Shown here: positions 54,738 through 64,000 of the stretch, piece after piece
Layout of the letters: each line of letters begins with the position of its first letter
Position numbering within the stretch: position 1 is the stretch's first letter
Source: Sphyrna mokarran
Taxonomy: Eukaryota
Length of the DNA stretch: 64,000 bases
Assembly (NCBI GenBank): GCA_024679065.1
Contig: JAGIQG010000004.1
Span: 54,374,001-54,438,000 of the forward strand
Direction of reading: 5' to 3'
Position numbers and translations under genes: made by a program
Notes under the pieces: model-generated
Database searches by the model: none
What the model was told of the DNA's origin: nothing
What the model saw: only the letters and a program-made list of their open reading frames with translations

Positions 54738-55424
54738 ATCATTGCTGAGTTTCAAGGGCTGTACCCTGGCGTAATATCCCCTTCTCCCTGCTATCACCAC
54801 TAAGTCAATCCCCAACTCTAATTATTGTGGATTGTTATTGACAAGAATACTAATTGACTCAGCCTTGCAAATACTGTGATTACATGAACAGGTGAGAGGC
54901 TGGGAATTCTGTGGCAAATAACTCACCACCTGACATCTCAAATCTTATGTATTATCTACTATACACAACTTAATAGTATGAAGGAGCTTGGCTGAATGAA
55001 TGTGATTCCAGAGGCTGGACACTATCAAGGAAAAAGAACAAAAACATCTACACAATGCAAAGGGACAATTCACCAAGTCTGCACGGACATCACAATCAAT
55101 TCTAAACCCTACACCTAGACCATCTGGAGAAGAACAGCAGCAAATATATGGGAATTCCAGACCTGTACGTTCCTTTCTGAGTGACACGACATCTTGACCC
55201 GAGACCACATCACCATTCCGTCTCTGTCCCTGGCTAAACTCCTGGAACACCCTCCCATCATTACTCCTGGAACACCCTTCAGGTGTTCCTTCATCATATG
55301 GACTACAATGATTTAAGAAACAGCTCACTATTATCTTCTCAAGGGAAATTAGGGATGGATAATTAATGCCTGTTTTGCCATATCCCTTGAACCAGTAAAA
55401 TTTGTGAGGCAACCTGAACATTTT
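54738..55424 (+). repeat. ~685-bp segment duplicated almost identically at 57728-58415
   Basis: Identical ORF translations (55115-55297 = 58106-58288). Only a few differences, near the ends. Confidence 0.95.
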
Positions 55425-56302
55425 CTGTTTTACTTTCAGATATCCAGTATCTACATTATATTATAACTCAAAAGTGCTCCTTGAGTGACTGTGCCTTGTA
55501 GAGGAATTGTTATGGGAATGGAAAACAGTAAGTTTTGAGGGGCAAAAGTGCTTAAAGGACAAATTGGTTGTAAGGGGATTATTAAATGGGCAACAAGTTT
55601 GGAACATAATTTACAACCAAAAATGAAACTGCCCTTTCTTAAAAAACTATCTGGACTGCAGCTTGTAAGATAACAATCACTCCAGGTAAATCAGCTAAAC
55701 CTTCTTCTCTGAATGCACAGTTTGCAGGTTTTGCAATTACAATTGCAATTACTGGCTTTGGAATGAACGCTTGGGCTTCCACGATGTTAGATAATGTCAG
55801 CAGAATTTATTCCATTTGTTAAGAACCCAGTTGGTGGAAATTGCTCGGATATTCCAACTCCCAGAAGGCAAACCTGGGATGCTGGGTGTTTTTTGCAATT
55901 GACTCTAATGTGCGAAAAAGTGTGAAAATCAGAGCAGAATACATCAGTCTTATTGTTACCATCAAAATAAATGTTTATTAACAGTAATATACACAACAAA
56001 AAGACAACTAAAAACACCAAACACTTAGCTACATTAATAGCCAATCACCATGCCTTTTAACTGATCCATCTTCAAATTTCTCTTTTTTCCTAACTTTATG
56101 GCTAAATCACTCTAAGTAACATCCCATAACTTTTAAACTATGAGCAAAATCTAGCAATAGTTACCACATCCAGCACATATATCTCTTGTGGGTTTACTTC
56201 TGGCTTAGAATAGAGACAAACTGGCTGTTGAAAGATGTTTCCTAGGCACTTCTGTTGTGGGGATGAACACAACTTCTTGCTGTGTGTGGCTATGATGTTC
56301 AA

Positions 56303-57728
56303 CCAGTTTTCTGAATAGGATAAACTCTGTCACTGATGTATCACTTTTTCCTTTAGCTCTTTTCTTATTTGTATTACCTGTCTTCGAGGTCCCTCTCAAT
56401 GACACTTCTTAGATATGGTCACTCTTTTAAAAATAAAGTTTGCCATTCACCCTCATCTTCTCTTTTGAACTTTTACCATTTTTATTTTAACACTTGAAAT
56501 TCTATGCCCTTTTATTATCCGCTTTCCATTGGTGAATATCTGTTGACATTACTACTTGGCAAATTTTCACATCCAAAACGTCAGTTACTTCAGCTCAGTC
56601 AACATGTCTTCTTAACCAATTCCAATGGAAATATAGTTTGTTCCCTTATAACCATGCTCCACTAGAATATATTTTGAATTATTAGATTCCTTAACTTTTA
56701 TTTTACCACAACTCCTTGACACATTACTGACTACAATCTTACTTCTCCTGCGAACTAGCTATGGTATAAATAATTAAACAATAAGCAAGTGAATTATTAA
56801 GTCATTAAATTCTGCAGCCAATGCCTTGAACAATTCTCTTTGTCAGCTTTCACTACCTGGTTGTTTTCATACATGGATCAAAGTCAAGTGCAAACGTGAT
56901 TTTTTAAAATATATTTTGATCCAACCATTACCATTTTTAAAAATCAGATTACTTCTTTTAGCTCTTGTGAAGGGGCATGTCTGATAACCAGAATAGAAAC
57001 ATCAAAACATAGAAACTTGAGGCAGGAATAGGCCATTTGGCCCTTAGAGTCTGTTCTGCTACTCATAATGATCATGGCTAACCATCAAATTCGATATACT
57101 GATCCCCCTGCCACATATCCCTTGATCCCTTTAGCCCCAAGAGCTATATCTAATTTCTTCTTGAAGTCAAAGTTTTGGCCTTAACTACTTTCTGTGATAG
57201 TGAGTTCCACACATTTACCCCTCTCTGGATAAGAATTTTCTTCTCACCCCTGTTCTGAAAGATTTACCCTTTTCCTGAAACTATGCCTCCTAGTTCCCCC
57301 ATTATTATAAACGTTCTTTAAGAATCTACTCTGTCAAACTCTCTTAGAATTTTATAAATTTCTAGAAGATATCCTCTCACTTTTCTAAACTTCAATGAAT
57401 ATAATCCTAACCAACTTAGTTTCTCCTGATACATTAGACCTGCCATCTCAGGAACCAGCCTGATAAACCATTGTTGTACTCCCTCTATAACAAGAGCATC
57501 CTTCTTTAGATAGGGATACCAGAACGTACACATTACTCCAGGTGTGGCCTCACCAACATCCTGTACAACTGCAGTTAAACATCCCTATTCCAATAAGTAA
57601 TCCTCTTGCTATGAAGGCCAACATGCCATTGCCTTCTTTAAGGCCTGCTGTACCTGCACATCTACTGTCAGTGACTAATGTTTGAGAACATCAAGGTCTT
57701 AAATATCCACTTCACTCAATTTACACCA
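56303..57728 (+). repeat. ~1.4-kb older duplication, second copy at ~59740-61135
   Basis: Collinear unique sequence plus a shared CR1 fragment, visibly diverged. Confidence 0.9.
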
Positions 57729-58414
57729 ATCATTGCTGGGTTTCAAGGGCTGTACCCTGGCGTAATATCCCCTTCTCCCTGCTATCACCACTAAGTCAAT
57801 CCCCAACTCTAATTATTGTGGATTGTTATTGACAAGAATACTAATTGACTCAGCCTTGCAAATACTGTGATTACATGAACAGGTGAGAGGCTGGGAATTC
57901 TGTGGCAAATAACTCACCACCTGACATCTCAAATCTTATGTATTATCTACTATACACAACTTAATAGTATGAAGGAGCTTGGCTGAATGAATGTGATTCC
58001 AGAGGCTGGACACTATCAAGGAAAAAGAACAAAAACATCTACACAATGCAAAGGGACAATTCACCAAGTCTGCACGGACATCACAATCAATTCTAAACCC
58101 TACACCTAGACCATCTGGAGAAGAACAGCAGCAAATATATGGGAATTCCAGACCTGTACGTTCCTTTCTGAGTGACACGACATCTTGACCCGAGACCACA
58201 TCACCATTCCGTCTCTGTCCCTGGCTAAACTCCTGGAACACCCTCCCATCATTACTCCTGGAACACCCTTCAGGTGTTCCTTCATCATATGGACTACAAT
58301 GATTTAAGAAACAGCTCACTATTATCTTCTCAAGGGAAATTAGGGATGGATAATTAATGCCTGTTTTGCCATATCCCTTGAACCAGTAAAAGACGTGAGG
58401 CAACCTGAACATTT

Positions 58415-59034
58415 TATTGGTAGAACTTTTATTGGTAGAGGGATTGAATTTCGGAGCCGCAACGTCATGTTGCAACTGTACAAAACTCTAGTGCGGCTGC
58501 ACTTGGAGTATTGTGTGCAGTTCTGGTACCCACATTATAAGAAAGATGTGGAGGCATTGGAGAGGGTACAGAGGAGGTTTACCAGGATGTTGCCTGGTAT
58601 GGAGGGCAGGTCTTATGAGGAGAGGCTGAGGGATTTGAGGTTGTTTTCGTTAGAAAGGAGGAGGCTAAGAGGGGACCGGATCGAAACATATAAGATGATT
58701 AGAGGTTTAGATAGGGTGGACAGTGATAGCCTTTTTCCTAGGATGGAAAAAGCTAGCACGAGGGGACACAGCTTTTAATTAAGGGGTGATAGTTATAGGA
58801 CGGATATCAGAGGCAGGTTCTTTACCCAAAGGGTGGTTCGGAGTGGAATGCCCTGCCTGCAGCGGTTGTAGATGCGCCAAGTTTGGTGGCGTTTAAGAGG
58901 TTAGTTGATAAGTATATGGAAGATAAGGGAATGGTTTAGTTTGGAGGGTCATTGCTTTTTATATTGGTCGGCGCAACATCGAAGGCCGAAGGGCCTGTTC
59001 TGTGCTGTAATGTTCTATGTTCTATGTTCTATGA
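58415..59034 (+). mobile_element. Young 5'-truncated CR1 LINE
   Basis: ORF 58395-58778 is the CR1 ORF2 C-terminus. (ttctatg)n tail. Same subfamily as 23728-23965. Confidence 0.9.
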
Positions 59035-59725
59035 GAATACCATTCACCAGGTACACGGTACATACTCTTGCAACTAGGCCAACGTTGTCTACCCAATACG
59101 TTGCAAGAAAGGATGTCCCGAAGCATGGTACATTGGGGAGACCATGCAGACACTATGACAAGGATGAATGAACATCGCTCAACAATCACCAGGCAAAACA
59201 GTTCCCTTCCTGTGGGCGAACACTTCAGCAGTCACGGGCATTCGGCCTCCGACCTTCGGGTAAATGTTCTTCAAGGGGGTCTTCATGACACACGACAGCG
59301 CAAAGTCGCTGAGCAGAGACTGATAGCCAAGTTCCGCACACATGAGGACGGTCTTAACAGGGATCTTGGCTTCATGTCACACTATCTGTAACCCCCCATG
59401 ACTTGCCTGGGTTAGCAAAAAACCTCACTTACTGTGCTGTCTGGAGACAATACACATCTCTCTAACCAATGCTTCACTCACATTGTTAGCCACTTTAAGA
59501 CTTGAATAGCAGGTTAGGTGTAAGGATTCACGTTCTAATCAGCAATCTGTGACTGTCTGTGCTGATATGTGTGCTATTGCAGACCAGAACACTGCATTTG
59601 CCTGACGAAGATGAAAGTTGAAAGCTCACAGATTTACTATCAAATAATTCGGTTGGATTTAAAATTCGTGTTGCCAGATTCTTACTGAGTTTACCCCAGT
59701 CCAACACCGGCATCTCTACATCACA
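59035..59725 (+). mobile_element. Penelope-like element 3' part (GIY-YIG endonuclease + pseudo-LTR)
   Basis: NVVYPIRCKKGCPEAWYIGET ... RMNEHRS..PVGEHF..GLNRDLG, with stops and a frameshift. Confidence 0.85.
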
Positions 59726-60414
59726 CTGTGATATTTGATCAGTTTTCTGAATAGGGTAAATTCTGTCATGATGTATCACTTTTTCCTTTTGATCTTTTCT
59801 TAATTGTATTATCTGTCTTCCAGATCCCTCTGAATGACACTTCATACATATGCTCACCTTTTTAAAAATAAAATTTGCCATTCATCCTCATCTTCTTTTT
59901 TGATCTTTTACCATTCTTATTTTAATGCTTGAAATTCTATATCCCATTGTTATCCACTTCCCATTGGTAAATGTCTGTTGACAGTATTACTTGGTGAATC
60001 TTCATATCCGAAACCTCAGTTACTTCAGCTCAGTAAACACGTCTTCCTAACAAATTCTCATTTAAATATAATTTGCTTCCTTATAATCATGCTCCACCAG
60101 AACATATTTTGAACTATTAGATGCCTTAATTTGATACATTGCTGACTCTGAACTTATTTCTCTTGTGAACTAGCTATGACATAAATGGTTAAACAATAAG
60201 CAAGTGAACTATTAAGTCATTAAGTTCTGCAGCCAATGCCTTGAACAATTCTTTTTGTCATCTTTCACCACCCAGTTGTTTTCATACATGGATGAAAGTC
60301 AGGTGCAAACGTGAATTTTTAAAATATATTTTGATCCAACCATTAATGTTTTTAAAAATCAGATTGTTTGTTTTGGCTCTTGTGAAGCAGCATGTCTGAT
60401 AACCAGACTAGAAA

Positions 60415-63110
60415 CATCAAAACATAGAAACTGGAAGGAGGAGTAGGCTATTTGGCCCTTAAGAGCCTGTTCTGCCTTTCATAGTGATCATGGCTAATCA
60501 TCAAATTTGATTTACTGATCCGTCTTGCTCCCTTTTCCCTTGAACCCTTTAGCCACAAGAGCTGTATCTAATTTCCTCCTGAAGTCAAAGTTTTGGCCTC
60601 AACTACTTTCTGTAATTGTGAATTCCACATATTCACTACTTTCTGGGTAAGAATTTTCTCCTCACCCCTGTTCCTCAAACTATGCCTCCTAGTTCTGGGC
60701 TCAACCGTTATTGTGAACATTCTTTATAAATCCACCCTGTCAAACATTGTGAAATTTTATAAGTTTCTAGAAGATATTCTCTCACACTTCTAAACTTCAG
60801 TGAATGTAATCCTAATCAACTTAGTTTCTCCTGATACGTTAGACCTGCCATGCCAGGAATCAGTCTGGTAAATTTTTGTTGTACTCCCTCTATAACAAGA
60901 GCATCCTTCCTTAGATAGGGATACCAGAACTTCACACAATACTCCAGGTGTAGCCTCACCAAAGTCCAGTACAATTGCAGTTAAACATCTCTATTCCAAT
61001 ACTCAATCCTCTTGCTATTAAGGCCAACATGCCATTGCCTTCTTTATGGCCTACTGTACCGGCACACATACTTTCAGTGACTGATGTATGAGTACATCAA
61101 AGCCTTGATTAACTGCGTCATTCAATTTACACCCATTTGTTTATTAATCTGTCTTCCTATTATTGCTGCCAAAGTGGATAACCTCTCATTTATTCACATT
61201 ATACTGCATCTAGCATGCATATATCATTAAACTTAACGTGTCCAAATCACACGGAAACAACTCTGCATCCTCCTCACAGCTCACCCTTCCATGCAACTTT
61301 GTGTCATCTGCAAATTTGAAGACAGTGCATTAGTTTCCTCTTCCAAATCATTAATATATAATATGAACAGTTGGAGTCATGGCAGAAATCCCTGCAGTAG
61401 CCTGATAGTCACCACATGCCAAGCAGAAAAAGATACATTTATTCCAACTCATTGCTTCCTATCTGCTAACCAGATTTTGATCAATTGGAAGACATTGCCT
61501 ACAATTCCATGCACTTTAACTTTACACAGTAGTCTGTTATTTGAGACCATGTTGAAAGCCTTCTGAAGATCTAAATAAGCCACATCCACTGGTTCTCCTC
61601 TGTCAACTCTACTCGTTAAACCTTCAAAGCGTGGAAGTTAAAATGTTCACTTTGACGTTTTATAGCGAAAGTTAAATTGCATGATTGTTAAAGTGTTCAA
61701 ATTAAAGTTTTATGCTTTTTCTGTACAGTGGTAGAAAATGTTTATCAGCCTACTGACCTTCAAAGGGAATCAGTCTCTGTTATTTTTTTCATAGGCCCAT
61801 TAACATTTTCCATTTTTGGTCCTCATCAGAATAAGACCAGATTTTTTTTTCATAACAAATACCAAAGGCAAGATATGAGGATATGCAATGCAAATGAATG
61901 ATTAACAAAAGTCAATGTTTCATCAAATGAGAAAGGGTGAAAAGCCAGGATTTAATTGGCAAATACGCATGTCAATGAAAGATGTGGAAAATCTCTGGTC
62001 CTGATTTGGTGTATATATCTATAACTGCTGAGCTGTTTCTTTGTGAACTCAGAACTGCTCTGGCCATTCCATGTTGGGTGGAGGGAATTGTCCTTGTTCA
62101 TAAGTCATTAAAGACCTTGCATTGGGTGCATGTGTCCAGTGCTGTTTGTGTAAAGAGCCAATTGAGTACTTTAGATTGCTGTTACTCAGGGAATTCTAAT
62201 AGATTCCTTAAGCATGATTTCTCCTGTGTACATCCAAGCTGACTTAGTCTGATTATACCATTACCTTCTAAACGCTGAGTTATTAAATCCTGATGAAGAA
62301 CTCAAGCAATTTCCCTAGGACTAATGTTTGGGTCCCTGCCTGCAGTTCACTGTTTTCTCTCTATCTTCCTTTTTGAATATTGCGCTTATATTAGCTATCC
62401 TCCAATCTGTAGGAACCAGTGCAGCGTCCAAAGAATTTTGGAAAATAACCACCAATGGATCTACTATTTCCATGGATAATTCCTTAAGCACACTGGGATC
62501 AAGATCATCAGCCCGCGAATATTTATCCACCTTCAATCCCATCAATTTCTCCAAAGCCATTTCTCTACTATTGCTGATTTCCTTCAATTTCTGACTGAGA
62601 GTTGTTTCTCTCAGAACTTCTGATACATTATTCATGTTTTCCTTTGGGGAGATTGAAGTAAAGTATGAATTTTATTCCTTGACCACTTCTTTGTTCCCAT
62701 TATGAATTCTCCTGTTTCTGACTGTAAGGAGCCTACATTCGTTTTTACCAAACTTTTTCTCTCTACATATCTGTACAAATTTTTACAGTCAATTTTTATG
62801 CTCCTCGCTAGCTTAGTTCCATTCTCTCTTTTCCCCTTGTTAATCAATCCTTGGTCCTCTTTTGCTGAATTTTAAACTGTGCCCAATCCACAGGCCTGTT
62901 GCTTTTTCTTGCCAATTTGTATGTTTTTTTTTCTTGAATCTAATATTATCTCTAATTTTCTTTGCCAGGCATGATTTGGCTAGAGTTCCCTCACCACCTT
63001 TGCACCAGATGGAATAAATAGTTTCTGGGGTTCACCTATTTGTTTCTTAAATGCCTGCCATAGTCATTTCACTGTCTTTCCTTTCATTAATATTTCCCAA
63101 TCCATAATGG
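60415..63110 (-). mobile_element. Decayed CR1 LINE segments (60415-61630, 62150-63110)
   Basis: ORFs 62321-62635 (VPTDWRIAN) and 62632-62847. Confidence 0.75.
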
Positions 63111-64000
63111 AATGCGACATACCAACGTAACAGAGTATCAACAAATGGGAGCAGAGTAGGACACATGGTACAAGGACAACATTTGATTCAATTGGAGTTT
63201 CCAAAGGAGAATTGGACAATTATCTTTCGAGAGAATATGTAGGGCTACGAGGAAAAGTGCATGAAGTGGGATTAGGAGAGTTGTTTTTGCAAACAGCTGG
63301 CATGGACATGACAGGCAAAAGGCCCTTTTTTGTGCTGCAAACATTTTATTATATGACTCTAAGTGAATTTTATCTGAATGCATGCAAGATTCATCTCAAC
63401 ATAGGTGAAGTGACCGCACAAGTAGAAACAAATTGATATTACACGATTGTCTTTACGGAAACATCGGCTGTAATTCTCCCATCACGGTCCACAACTTTTC
63501 TGTTGGGTCACAGTGAGAGATGCGTGTCATCGTCATTGAATAGGGATTTGCGCATGCGCCAAGAATGCATGCGCATCTCGTGGAGCTGGCGAACAGTTGC
63601 TGATTAGACCATGTTGCAAACTGGCAGGAAGTCAGGTAAGTAATTTAAATCTTTTTAAATTATGCTTAAATATGTTTATTAGTTCATTATCAGGTCCTTT
63701 CACGCCCTGATTGAATCTCCCACCCTGCCAGGAATATTTCTTTCAGGTGGGTTTCAGATCAGCTCCCACGCTCAGGAAACTAGCAGGAGACCTTGCTGGA
63801 ATGACGGGGCCTCCTGGGGCTCCCCAGTGGATGGTTGGCAGTGGGTGGTGCTGCCTGGGCATGGGCATACTGGCAGTGCCATCATGTTCCCCAGGGTGCA
63901 CATTGGCATTGCTAATTGGGCCTCGGGCAGTGCCAATAGGGAAGGGCTTATTGTGGGCAGGGCTCAGGGGTGATCGGTCAGGTTAGGTGTACCACTGCCA

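Noticed and set aside
55787-56044. Hydrophobic ORF resembling a TM exon
   Set aside because: T-rich low-complexity sequence, weak splice sites and no convincing homology to the receptor TM exons.
54945-58475. Duplicated 158/179-aa ORFs as a gene pair
   Set aside because: They are antisense frames of a decayed LINE within a recent duplication.

Overview
Vertebrate genomic DNA, very probably a cartilaginous fish (shark-type CR1/HER1 LINEs, HE1-type V-SINEs, a Deu-domain SINE, Penelope fragments). Most of the window is nested transposon debris, and most short ORFs in the track are spurious. Splice-site reading of the minus strand reconstructs one complete six-exon gene at 39602..28622 (310 aa): leader, a compact germline-joined VJ Ig domain, a C1-set Ig domain, TM, a short cytoplasmic exon, and an ITIM+ITSM exon. 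It is a non-rearranging, antigen-receptor-like inhibitory receptor of the SIRP/NKp30/VJ-C1 type. An old ~19-20 kb tandem duplication left a headless paralog at 14697..10522, with a frameshifted TM exon but an open ITIM exon. A local duplication-inversion in the V-C1 intron created a second splice acceptor followed by a stop and AATAAA, which could give a secreted single-V isoform. Also present are Penelope-type minimal hammerhead motifs, inverted Penelope pairs, and young and old local duplications at 54.7-61.1 kb. Repeat boundaries are approximate and were aligned by eye.
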